Below, one piece after another: positions 11,545 through 23,737 of a stretch of 64,000 bases of DNA. The notes beneath the pieces were generated by a model, which was not told where the DNA came from, ran no database searches, and saw nothing but the letters and a program-made list of their open reading frames with translations. Positions within the stretch are counted from its first letter, which is position 1. Each line of letters starts with the position of its first letter. Both the position numbers and the translations under genes were made by a program. This DNA comes from Mytilus californianus (Eukaryota). Location of the stretch: assembly GCF_021869535.1 (NCBI RefSeq), contig NW_026262684.1, forward strand, positions 1,798,001 to 1,862,000, written 5' to 3'.

Positions 11545-14500
11545 ATGTGGCGTCTTACCACTACCTTGTCAATTATCTCTCTACTTTATATTGCAAAAGG
11601 TAAGTCATGTCAATATTAGAATGTGTGGTATGATTGCTAATGAGACAAGGAACCATAGCTACTTATTAGAGAAAGACACTCCTTAATCTTCAATGATTTC
11701 TAAAAAAATTTAAAACAATAAATTTCAATTACTCAGTTAGATTATCGTTATGCCAATGCCGAAGTCTTAAGTGATACCTTCGGGGACTATCAATCCACAT
11801 GCAGTGATATCGATCCAGATGTTGGAATATCAATGCATGGTACAAATCTAATCGGACCAGATGTCCATTTCGACAATAAATGTCTCTTAATGATAATAAA
11901 AGCTAGATAATTTAAAGTTTGGAACATTTGTTTTTGGTTTTTCTCCGGAGATATTATTCCCCGTTTCAATTGGATTTATATTGCTCAAAGCTTTATTACG
12001 TATTGTTTGCTATTCGCATACGGCTGTCTATTGTCTGTTGTATAACTTGTTATTGTGAAACTGCCTATTCTAGAGGTGGCGTGAAAATGCGGATACTAAA
12101 AAATTCGAAATATCATTTAGAGTACATACAATGTTTCCAATGTAATATGTCATGATACAGATAACATTATAGCAAATCAACGAACTCCAAGGCATTTTCA
12201 AAGGAGTATGTCCATAAAAACTGATAAAACCAAACGTTATCCACCAATGGAACGAGTGAACAACGTGATGGTTTGCAGTTTAGTGTGTCAACTTAAACCT
12301 GTAACTGTGCACTTTATCGTTTGTTTTTTATTTGTGACTATACCTGTTTTTTTTAAATGTTTTTAAAAGCAATGCGCATAGACAGACTTGAAGTGTTAAA
12401 ATGCGGTAAAACATATTCCTATTATATTTTAAGGCTAAAGAATAATCGACATTAAAGGTACATTAGATACAAAAAAAAACTGAAACTTGTAAAAGAAATA
12501 ATGAAAGCTAAATAGTGAAATTATAACTCGCTTTTAGCAGCCAGTTTGGTTCTTTTTTGTCAAAATAAGATAAGAAACATCGCTGATGAATTATTCACTA
12601 GTATTATCAGTTTCTTTTATCATTTGTACCATATCGTTTCCATTTGATTGTTTGCCATTTGCTATGATGAAAATAGTTGTAAATTATTTCAACGAACATG
12701 ATGAAATATCATACAAACTTATGAAACAAATTGTCAACATTTGATAATGGTAACCGTTGTAAACAATCTGCATTAAAAGTAAGTAGATGATTTCCTATTA
12801 AGATTAAAAAGACAATAAACGGGCTATGTCACAGGTTATGGTAAAATTTTGTAAACAACCTTGGCAAGTTGAACTCTAAACTGAAAAAAATTAATTGTAA
12901 CTGTTATACTTGATAAAATATTATTGAATGAAAATCCTTTAAAAAGTTCAACAATTGTTAAGGATGTGCGTAAAATAAATTCAAAACTGATGTCAAAAAT
13001 ATCTTAAACCTTTTTATATACTCAGTGCATGATTTATTTATTTTTTATTTAGGAATCGATATGGTGCTACTCGGAAATATTTGTTTAATGATGTAAAATG
13101 AGAATATTTCTTTTTTCTTTGGTAACCGTCAGTGTGTTCTAGTTACTGTCATACATGTGAGAGGATTGGCTAGCTATAAAATCAGGTTGAATCCATCATG
13201 TTTTACACATGCAAAAATGGCTGTACGGAGTCAGGAATATGACAGTTGTTTTCCATTCGTTTGATACGTATGAGCTTTTGATTTTGCTTTTTAATAAAGG
13301 ACTTTCCGTTTTGAATTTTCCTTGGAGTTCGGTATTTTTGTTATTTTACTTTTTATGATATACAAAAAAACGTAATTTTTAAAAAGTAACAAGGTAATAC
13401 ATTTGTTAATACATCATCAAACGGGGTCAGTGACCCGTTCATTTAATATTAATCAAAGCTGACAGAATTGTGATCATTGTAAGATACAGTTTGACTAGTA
13501 ATTTTGAATGATAAAAAAAGTATATGAAATAGAGCAAGGAGGGCATTTCATGGAGTCCCAAACAAGTTAATGTCCTTACACAGTTTTATGAAAAATGTGA
13601 ATAAAATATGTGAAACAATCCAGTTTACTGATACTCAACCATGACCAACTCAAATATAATATCTAATGCATCTTGTTTTTTTTTTTTTTTTTTTTATTGG
13701 CAATTTATCAATTTCATCCAATTTTACAACTAACTTGTACAAGGAATTAAAATACATTTATCGTAAGTATTTCATTATTTGAATCTGTCTATTTTGGAAT
13801 TCATATTTAAGAGTTGTATTTGTATTTAAAAACAAAAACAGAAGGTCATGCATGATTTTTAAGATTTTTCTTTATTTATGCATTCTTATACAGTGAAACA
13901 TTTTGAAATCCTTTAGTTATTACTTTCCGATAAAAAAAATACATTAATCTGTTTCTCAACAGACAACTGGTTTTTAATGAATAAAAATGGTAGAAATATG
14001 TCTTCTATGAATGATATTTATCAGAATACTTCAAATATATCTACGTTACCATTGTCAAAATATTTCAGGATGCATAGTATGTCCAGAAGGAGTGGTTCAT
14101 TTTCGGTGTACAAAAACCCCGTGTCAAGGACACCAGTGTGAGGGAGCTGTATGCAGGTAATTTTTTTCTTCTTGGTATTTTGTAAAAAATTAAAAGGCGA
14201 TATGGTCTTCGTGAAAGCAATTACAAATTCTATGGAACTTGAAAAAAATAAAACAAATGAAAAATTGTATATTGATTTTTGTTTTTGAAGGAAATCCTGA
14301 ATTAAAAAGCAATTGAGATTCCAGAAAAGGATTGCATGATTTTATCTGTTAAGAGATTATTCACTCCCGACTCGCTTTAAATAACATGACTAATCTTGAG
14401 GCAGAATTATATTTTTTTCTGTTTAGTTTGTTATTGAGGTTTTGTTTTCAGATACTGAGTACTATATCACCACTTTAGAGTCAAGGTCTTTACATGCACT

Positions 14501-17500
14501 AATTTTGATCCATGATTTTTATTTATCGTTTCATAGTCGTCAGACCATCATTTAAAGGGCACGGCTGAGAGGCACAAAAAATGTATGTAACCCAACCATG
14601 TTCTAGTATGCCGGCGCCTGTTATAAGTCTGTATCCTTATCGGTATTTGTTTAATGTCAGACCTCATTGCTTGTTTAGTTTTAGAATTTTGATGTCATTG
14701 GCAGTTTGGATAGCTTTGTACCTTAGTCTTGCGTTTCGTCTACATAAAACTCGTTAGTGGCGCTCGAATAAAAATAGTTGGAAAGCCGAAGCAAGTACGA
14801 AGTTCAGTAGCATAGAAGATAAAAATCCTTTAAGATTGTGACAAATACAGCTAAGGACATCCATGCCTAAGGATAGAAAATTATGAGTATCTTGAAAAAA
14901 ATATTATTTTATTTTCAGTTAAAAGTATTATGAATTTAGAATATACATGACCATTTTAGGCCATTTAGTTCATATTTTACTTAGCCGCTGTTGTCAATGA
15001 TTAAACTATGTCTATGGTAATTTACTTTTCCAAGGAACAATTATTGTGGTGGTGCATGTAGACGTCTATGGTATGAAGACAGTGGTAGCTCTTTGATGGA
15101 CGTAACAGAGCGATGTGGTAGGTTATCAATAAAGCTCGTGCAACTACTAAACAAAATTAAACTATTTTTGGAATGTACATTTAATGTACCATATTAACTT
15201 AGTTTTCGTGTTGTTTTTTTTCTATAAAATAACGTTGTAAGATCTGCTTTTATATTTTTCATAATCTGTTATTGAATGAAATCACAACTAGATCAATATG
15301 AATAAAATCAAACCTCTCACTTGCTGTCGTTTTTAATATTTCGCGCGTGCGATATACAGATATACAGTGCTTATACAGTTGAAGTGTGTTAAAGATACAA
15401 TTCAACAGAACCTTCATAATAAACCTTTTTATGTGTCAACAATGGTTAACAATTTTTTTCAGTAATAAAATGAATTGGGCACTAGACATGATATCAAAAA
15501 GCATAGATCAGCTAGTATGACCGAGGGGATTAGTTAATCTAAAAATGAGTAAAAAAATATGAATGAAGAAGGCAGATCAGATGATAAAAGATATTTAAGA
15601 AATGACATGCAGACTTTGTTATTATTTCAATTATGTCCAATTAGTGTGAGATCTAAATTATTGCCGAAGGTTACATGTTTTTACTCCATTGACATTATTT
15701 TAACCTGTAATTAAGATGATTACTAAAACACTAAGATAAACACATGAGTGTAATTATAATTTGAATTTTAATTCTATCAAATTAGCTGTATATCGCAGAG
15801 GAAACTTTAAATAACGTACTTGTTTGATCGAAATATATTCAAATATGTCGGTTAATAATGAATAAAAAAAAACACAAAGCTTAAGTCAGTATTTCAGTAA
15901 ATATGTGCAAAATATTGAACAAAAAAGATCTACAACAAAAAGAATTGATTGATTGCAAGGGTCCATGTCCATTTTGCAGCATATTTGTAATAAACTGGCT
16001 TTCTCATTCTGTTTTTATATTGTAGCATGCAATTGACAGTTATTAAGAAGTAATGTAATCGATTACATACAAAAAGTAGAGTAATCAATTACACAAAAAT
16101 CCATTATGTAATCGATTTATGATCGATTAATGATCGATTACGATTATCAGTAATAAGGCTCATATCTATAATAAGAATATCACAGTTATCCAACATTTTT
16201 TGAAATTTCACGTTTAAAACTTGAAAGAAACACTGAATCATTTTGGTTTTTTTTTTAAATGCAAAGATGTCTATGTTATTAGTTAAGATAATCAAATAAT
16301 AAAATTTATAATTTCAGGGAAGCTTAAACTAAAAAGTAAATCAATAGATATTCAAATTTATCGTATGCTTGAGGTCATCGGAATTGTTAACATAATCTCA
16401 TTAATATACAGATGTATTTTACACAGTTTTTATTTAGAAGAACACATGGTTAGAAAATAAAAATAATTACACCATTACTAACACAATTCTATATCAATAT
16501 TCTTGTAATGGTTAGAAAATACATAGAATAACACCATTACAAACTTAATCTCAATTTTATATTGTATTTTTAGAAATTTACATGTGACGTCACTTTTTGT
16601 GGCGTTGGTACATTCATGTGACGCAGAGTTCATAATTCTTTTGTGGTTTACATGTGAACTGTCGTAAATTAATGAGAGGTGTCCGTTGTCAATCTGTGGT
16701 TTACCTGTTGTAATGTACTATTATATTATTCATTAATCTATTTTTCTGTCCTGAGTGTTCTTGTGTTTATTTGTACTGTATTCTTGTACGTAATGTTGTC
16801 ACTTTAGCGGTACTATTAAAATTGCCTTATAAGCGGGAGGTTTGACTAGCCATAAAACCAGGTTCAATCCACCATTTATTCTAAAAATGTCCTGTACCAA
16901 GTCAGGAATATGGCAGTTATTATCAAATAGTCTGTTTCTATGTATGTTGGCGTTTGATTTTGTAGCAGTTTCGTGTTTCAGTTGTTCCGTTGTTTTCCTC
17001 GGTTTTGGTTTGTGGATTATATGTGTTTTCGTTAAATCGATTTATGACTATTAAACAGTGGTATACAACTGTTGCCTTTATCAATGATAATTAAAAAAAC
17101 AGGTCGCTTATGTCTTTTCTGTAGAATTCCAATGCCCAGATAGCACTGACTGTTTACCAGGAGTTAGTATAGTGAAATGTGTAAATCCATGTGGTTTTAA
17201 AAGCTGTAAAGGCTATCCAAACGCTAAGTGTTGGTAAGTAAAATATCTACTCTTACATGATGATTTAACTTTTTGCATTCAAGAAGCACGTGTATTGACC
17301 AAATAAAACCACACTAATTGGTCCCAAATGTTCTTATCATATAATCAATGTATGGTTTCAAATCAAGTAAACCATCATTTAACGTTCACAATAGGAATTA
17401 TAATAATTGATAAAAATAGTACACGAGCGACAATAGTGGTATGACTGACGGATTGACAAGATACGTTTTTTATATATTCTGACGTCGTTTTTCGAATTAT

Positions 17501-18430
17501 TTATTTGTTTACCAAGATATAGAATTCATATAATTTTATGAAAGGTAACATGCTATACAGAAAATGAATCTAGCTTCCCACACTAACAATTTGTACGTAT
17601 ATTAGTTTACTCAATCGCATATATCAAAGGTTAATGTGTGCAACATTTGATTTATTAGAATACTGCTTTTTTTTTAATGCTACAATTAATAAAACGAAAA
17701 AAAACAAACGTGAAATGTACGTCTGGTGTAAAAGTGAGCGTTTCAAAAGAAAGACGAAGGATACTAAAGGGACAATCAAACTCATAAATCGAAAGTACAT
17801 CTGTATGTATGTGCCTGTCCCACGTTAGGAGCCTGTAATTTAAAGGTTGTCGTTTGTTTATGTGTTACATATTTGTTTTTCGTTCATTTTTTGTAAAAAA
17901 ATTAGGCCGTTAGTTTTCTCGTTTTAATTGTTTTACATTGTCATTTCGAACTGTGCGGTATGGGGTTTGCTCATTGTTAAAGGCCGAACGCTGATCTATA
18001 GTTTTTAATTTTTGTGTCATTTGGTCTTTTGTGGAGAGTTGTCTCATTGGCAATCATACCACATCTTCTTTTTTATATTGACAACACCATGGTTAAAAAA
18101 GAAAAAGACAAACAAACAACAGTACACAAAACTATATAGAAAACCAAAGATTGAGAAACACGGACCCCACCAAAAACTGGGGGTGATCTCAGGTGCTCCG
18201 GAAGGGTAAACAGATCCTCCTTCAATCTTACAATTCATTTTACATATCAATTCGACTATAAGCAGTAGTGGCAATGACATGTACTAGTATAGTTTAAGGA
18301 TTATATGAAAAAAACTGATGTTTGTCCACGATTACAAATGTCTTTTTTGTCTTCTTTCAGTCCTGTATATTGTGGAGCATGCCACGACTTATGGTATGTG
18401 AACGGTGCGAAAGTCACTTGCAAAAAATAA
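11545..18430 (+). CDS. Cys-rich secreted protein gene 2, 134 aa: exons 11545-11599, 14069-14156, 15035-15117, 17125-17233, 18361-18430
   Basis: Exon lengths 55+88+83+109+70=405 nt, open frame MWRLTTTLSIISLLYIAKG-CIVCPEGVVHFRCTKTPCQGHQCEGAVCRNNYCGGACRRLWYEDSGSSLMDVTERCEFQCPDSTDCLPGVSIVKCVNPCGFKSCKGYPNAKCCPVYCGACHDLWYVNGAKVTCKK*. Consensus splice sites, TATA-like tatataaata near 11488, AATAAA at 18453. Exon 1 assignment is less certain than exons 2-5. Confidence 0.85.
12045..12132 (+). mobile_element. Short PLE RT fragment in intron 1 of Cys-rich gene 2
   Basis: Encodes CYCETAYSRGGVKMRILKNSKYHLEYIQ, matching ~5285-5365. Confidence 0.8.
13150..13355 (+). mobile_element. Dispersed repeat family Z (class not established)
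   Basis: gtgagagg..gctataaaa..aggtt..aatcc..agtcaggaatatgacagttg..gggactttccgttttgaattttc..ttttactttt recurs at least 10 times. Confidence 0.75.
16448..16570. repeat. Imperfect ~61-bp tandem duplication
   Basis: atggttagaaaata...acaccattac repeated twice. Confidence 0.7.
16820..17085 (+). mobile_element. Dispersed repeat family Z variant
   Basis: cataaaaccaggttcaatccacc..ccaagtcaggaatatggcag; a similar variant lies at 52545-52800 and inverted at 43860-44150. Confidence 0.7.
17811..18078 (+). mobile_element. Dispersed repeat family Y (SINE-like, class not established)
   Basis: ggccgttagttttctcgttt...gagttgtctcattggcaatcataccacatct recurs at least 8 times in the window. Confidence 0.75.
18075..18222 (-). 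mobile_element. PLE 3'-UTR-derived fragment
   Basis: gggtgatctcaggtgctccggaagggtaa matches 4233-4262. Confidence 0.7.
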
Positions 18431-18452
18431 AGAAGAGAGTGTATTGTCTTTC

Positions 18453-18458
18453 AATAAA
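18453..18458 (+). terminator. Polyadenylation signal, Cys-rich gene 2
   Basis: AATAAA within a 3' UTR homologous to that of gene 1. Confidence 0.6.
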
Positions 18459-20814
18459 ATTTAGTTAGATTTGACAGCATATATAGATTTGTTTCTTATT
18501 TCAAAAAGTCTTAAGCTGACGATGATGTTAGAAGTCTCCTCCATCGGTATATATGATAGTATGCTTAATGGAAACTGATGCATATGAAGCACAAAACAGA
18601 TAGCAGATAACATATTTGAAATATCTTTTCTTTAGTGTTATTGCTGGCATGCGCTTACCATACTGTCATACTTCTAAAAGTTAGAATATCATTTGTCACC
18701 TTCGTTAGTCTGATGTTTTTTTTAATAACCACATTATGTAGATTATATTATAAAAACAATATACCTCTTCCAATTGACAATTCATACAAAGGTTTATAAG
18801 AAGCCAACTTAGCAATCTTAGATCAGTGTGAAAAGGGATCTATGCGTGCAAAAGAATGTGAATAAGAAAATGTATTTTACGATGAAAAGAAACTAATTTC
18901 AAGAATGAATGGTGCACATACCGATTCATCTTAAGCTTCAAATTTCTTTCTTGTCTATTTTTTTTCTGAAAAGGGGTAGAGTGGAAAGGTCTTCCTGTTA
19001 AGTTTTCTTCAAGGAAAGAAGATACTTCACACGACCAAAAATTATTATTTTTTAGTAAAAAAAACAACTTGCAAACACGTAATATTATTCGCTTTTGTAT
19101 CTGTAAAATGAAAGAAGATTGAAGGGGTGGTTATACAAAAAGACAAAGATCACCTTAGTCAAATAAAAAAACAACAAGACATATAAACAAACCCTTTCAA
19201 AAGGAAACAGGAATTAACCAAAAAAAAAATGACAGTATTACTGACAAGTGTAACATCCGTCAAACAAACAAAAAATAACATACACCAATGCAATCCAAAC
19301 ACCCATTTAACAAAGACAGAATAACAACATTCAACGCAGATATCATTGCTTGGTAAAAGCAAATAATGTGTTGACGTTGAACAAGCTTTCCACACTTTTC
19401 GCTTCTTCTTCCTGTCTAGACCATGTGTCTACAAGTGAAACACACTATGACAACCCTGCACAGTCTGACTAAACAAAACGGAAAATTAGAGTTTTAGCAA
19501 CACAAATTTCATCAATTTTCCTGACATGCCCATGGAGCATGAAAAATTACTTCCCAACTAGTTAAACCTATCGTATTACCCCTGTAAATTTGGTGGTGAG
19601 TCTTTATTTCCTTTAATTGGATGTCTTATGATAGCGAACTAATTATATAACTGAATGTATACAGAACAAAGAACACCACAACTGTTTATGCTGCATGGTT
19701 ACCATCCGTACTGACAACGAATGTACCTTAAGTATGATTATAAAAGCTTTTCAATAAAAACTGCGGGATAAAAACACTTCATAAAACTTTGAAGATGTAG
19801 GGCTTTAGTTTTGAGTTTATAGCCTTGCAGCTGAGTATGCACTGATAATGATATAGGATAATCCCAAGTTTTTCGTGCAGTTTAAAATTAAAACATATTT
19901 TCATTAATTCTTAATTATGTTAAAGATACAAACGAATCTTCATGGTCTGTTCATAACTTATAAAATGTACGCAGATTTATTCCGATGAACGACAAACATA
20001 TATGAAATAGGACAGATTTGATGATGTAACATGTAAGTTTTTATAATGTCAACCTCCCAGTCTTGCGTAGAAAGACATATTATATGTTCAAAACTACAAA
20101 ATTAAGTTGTGATACGTTCATTACGCATACCAAAAAAAACGAGTGTTGATATAATATATGCTTTCTGCTAAGGATCCTAAAGTCAGTTTTTTGTCCGTCT
20201 TAAATTATTCTTGATGTTGTCAAGTTTACTGCCTATATATAACAGGTTACACATTCACAGCCTTTTAACTTTTTTGATTTGAGTGTCACTGGTGTGTACT
20301 TTGTAGACCAACTGGCGTCTGACATGCACAATTATAAGCCTGGTATCATTTATAGGGTTTTTCATTTGATTTGAAGCTTATGATGTTGCTTGTACTTAAC
20401 TTGTACCTAGACTTTAGAATATTGTTTGTTTTAGTGATATGCTAGTACTTCTCTAATGTACTTTTTAAATGATTGACCACCGGAAGAATGGACATGGTTA
20501 AACACATACCTACTGCTTTGTCAATATCGCTGCTGGTTTCCTGGGGGAACCATCAACGCAGTCACCAGTAATTCGGTTCTGGCTTGATTTATTAATGATA
20601 GTTTACTTGTAAAATTTTCTGTTCAAACAAATGTGCATTTGAGCTCAAACTATGGTAGGAAATCACCAAGGCAAGGTTTATTTTAGCCAGATCAGCTTTG
20701 ACAGGGGTGTTTTGTGTTCCTTTTACGTCAATTTGTTTCCATTCCAACCTTATTATAACGAAAAAAAGAGAGGCTAGTCTGGACAAACATGTTGTGCTTA
20801 ATGATCTCATATAA

Positions 20815-21035
20815 TGAGGTGGCTTGAAGGCCTAGTGATCTATGCAGTCCAACAACTGTATCACCAGCGTGTCAACACTGAAGTTGTGAGTTCAAAACAC
20901 GCTCGACTCCAATCTTAATTGACTAGGATTGTCAAAGGTCGGTTGTTCTATCCAGGCAACAAGCTTCTTCCACCAATAAAAAACTGACCGCCATGTAGTA
21001 GCCAATACCGCTGAAAGTGGCGTTAATTACCAATC
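20815..21035 (+). mobile_element. Degenerate tRNA-headed SINE
   Basis: A-box-like tggcttgaagg and B-box-like gtgagttcaaaac, followed by a body ending gaaagtggcgttaa and a tcaa-type tail. Confidence 0.5.
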
Positions 21036-21599
21036 AATTATATCATGGGTTTTTTTAATTGCCTGTTATTCCGTGCTCCTGCTAGTGGACTTCTGGTCCA
21101 CGAAGAAACCATCCACGATGTCGAAAATTCTTTTAAACAGGCATTATAATTTTCAAGTTCAAAAAAAGTGTGAAATTCAGCTAAAATTAAGAATACACTC
21201 CCAAGGCAAAGATGACCATATAATTTTTGTCGCTGGGGGTTTAATGCTTTCGAATGTTTTATATATTTTGCTTTATCGTATTTTTGTCACAAGTCAATTA
21301 ATGACGCCGAGTTTATATTCGTCCCGCTCCATTCTACGTAACTCTACATTTAATATGCTCTATGGATAATTGCGAAACATGCACGCGACAGATGTAAATT
21401 TTTTGTCGATGATTTGAGTGATACACATTCTTTGTAAATGTTTAGTCAATAGAACAATGTAATTATTGGTCAAACCCAGGTTTCAACTTCATATTGAAAA
21501 TAGACAATTGCGGCTGTTTTGTGTAGTCCTTCTGGTTTTTATGCACTCTTTAACACATGAAAATAAGACTACATAAAAGTTATGTGTCTAAATATCTTT

Positions 21600-21912
21600 T
21601 AGACGCATAACAACCCGCTGCAATTGTTTGCACTTGTCCTAAGTCAGGAATCTGATGTTCATTAGTTGTCGTTTGTTGATGTGGTTCATTAGTGTTTCTC
21701 GTTTCTCGTTTTTAAGATAGATTAGATCGTTGGTTTTCCCGTTTGAATGGTTTTACACTAGTAATTTTTGGGGCCCTTTATAGCTTGCTGTTCTGTGTGA
21801 GCCAAGGCTTCTTGTTGAAGACCGTACTTTGACCTATAAGGGTTTACTTTCATAAATTATGACTTGGATGGAGAGTTGTCTCATTGGCACTCATACCACA
21901 TCGTTTTATATC
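21600..21912 (+). mobile_element. Dispersed repeat family Y
   Basis: Same body and tail. Confidence 0.7.
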
Positions 21913-22574
21913 TATTTCTCGATTTACCTTAAATGCTTTAATTCGAATATTTTGAAACCTAAGGAAGTTTAATAATCGGAAAAGTTTAAGAGTTTAATGA
22001 CAAAAAACGGACATAGAATATTAGCCAAATCTATCGAAGGTCAACCTTGTCTGGTGGAATTGAGACCTTAGTTTCTTGATAATATATCAATTTATAAACG
22101 GACAATTTATGAAGGTTATGTAAAGTTTTATATTTTTGGCACTAAACATTTTGTCTAATTGGTGTTCCATGACCATTATTCAAGAAATACGAAGAAGTTA
22201 TAAGTTCCTGAAACATTAGCTAGTCCTTGTTAAAAAAATAACATAATGTGGCAATCGTTGAAATATCGCATGGGTTTATAATAAACTATTTGCATAGGTA
22301 TCTAGCTATGTATTGGTGGCAGTTGTTTTAATTTACACACATTAAGCAGTAATCAAATTGTGGTTGTCTTGCTAAGTTGATGAGTTGTTTTAAATATCTG
22401 TAAAATAGCTCTCAAAACCTATGCAAAGTCTTTAAATCTTTTAGTAACATGCTTATTTATAAAAGATTGTTTGATCGTACTGATCATTACATGACAATTC
22501 TAACAGAAAACACCGTAGAGAGTATAACTGATCACACCAACAACCGTATACTTTTCTTTGGTAAGGAATGAACA

Positions 22575-22783
22575 CCACAATGGGTACCACATGTGGAGCA
22601 GGATCTGCTTACCGTTCCGGTTTTTGAGAGGTTGGTGTTGCTCAGTCTTTATTTTTTTATGCTGTGTGTTGTGTGATGTTGTTCGTCTTTTTGTCTTTTT
22701 CTTTGTTTTTTTGTCATGGAGTAGTCATTTTATTTTCGACTTATGAATTTGGATGTCCCTTTGGTATCGTTCGCCTCTCTTTT
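22575..22783 (+). mobile_element. PLE 3'-UTR-derived fragment
   Basis: ccacatgtggagcaggatctgcttacc...ggtatcgttcgcctctctttt, reverse complement of the UTR at 4075-4285. Confidence 0.75.
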
Positions 22784-22899
22784 GCATTAGAGTCATTTTA
22801 ATAATTAGGTATTTCCATGTTTGGTTTTTGTTGCTCAATTTTAATTAATATTTTTTTGTTTGTTAAGTTAAGGTTATCACATCTTATTATATGTAATTT

Positions 22900-23092
22900 C
22901 AAGCAAGCTGGCTTTAAACCAGGTTTAACCTACCATGTTCTTCGGAAAATGCTTGTACCAAGTCAGGAATATGGCAGTTGCTTTTCACTTGTTCCGTTGA
23001 TTGATAGTGTTTGGTTAAGTCAGTTTTTATGGACTTCCTTTTTTTTAAATTTTTCCTTGGAGCTCAGTATTTTTGTTTTACTTTTTTCATTA
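22900..23092 (+). mobile_element. Dispersed repeat family Z; an inverted copy follows at ~23270-23520
   Basis: gtaccaagtcaggaatatggcag...ggagctcagtatttttg. Confidence 0.65.
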
Positions 23093-23662
23093 GATTTCAT
23101 AAGCTTCAAACGAAATAATATCCAGGGAGGCAGACAAACACTATGAGAGAAGAAGATAAATTCAGCATGGCCAATAGAAAAAGTTTGTCAAACATCAGTA
23201 CCGTTGGTTCGACAAACTGAGGAGGTTGATAATGACAAAATCTTAAAAGTTGTTAACTACAATACCGAACTCCAAGGTATATTTAGAAAGTAGGTGTCCA
23301 TAAAACTGATAAAGTCAAACGTTAGACTATATCAAACCAATGGAATGAATGGACAACAACTGTCATACTCTTAAGTTGTTACAGGCTTTTTTTCGCAAAG
23401 AAAGGTGGGTTAAACCTAGTTCTATATTAAGCTAAACCTCCCACTAGTATGACAGCTGTTTATAATTCCGTTATAGTGAAAAAATTGGAAGAGCAACCAA
23501 AACAGACATCATTGGTTAATGTGACAATAATTGGGATTGAACCTATTTAACCAGAAAAGCCCAAATATTTCAAATGACTTTATCTTGTACGACTCTACTG
23601 ATTATTTTTTAAGACATGACTTAAGAGTGAACAAAAATCCGTTATCAATGTTATGATATGCA

Positions 23663-23668
23663 TTTATT
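23663..23668 (-). terminator. Polyadenylation signal, Met-rich gene 1
   Basis: AATAAA on the - strand ~70 nt after the stop. Confidence 0.55.
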
Positions 23669-23737
23669 TGAAACTTATCTACAACTGTTTTAGATTTTAA
23701 TAATATGTAAATATTCATCAGTATAAAGAATCGTGTT

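Noticed and set aside
13052-13110. Possible extra exon after ttttttatttag in intron 1 of gene 2
   Set aside because: In-frame TAA in the required phase, and no good donor before it
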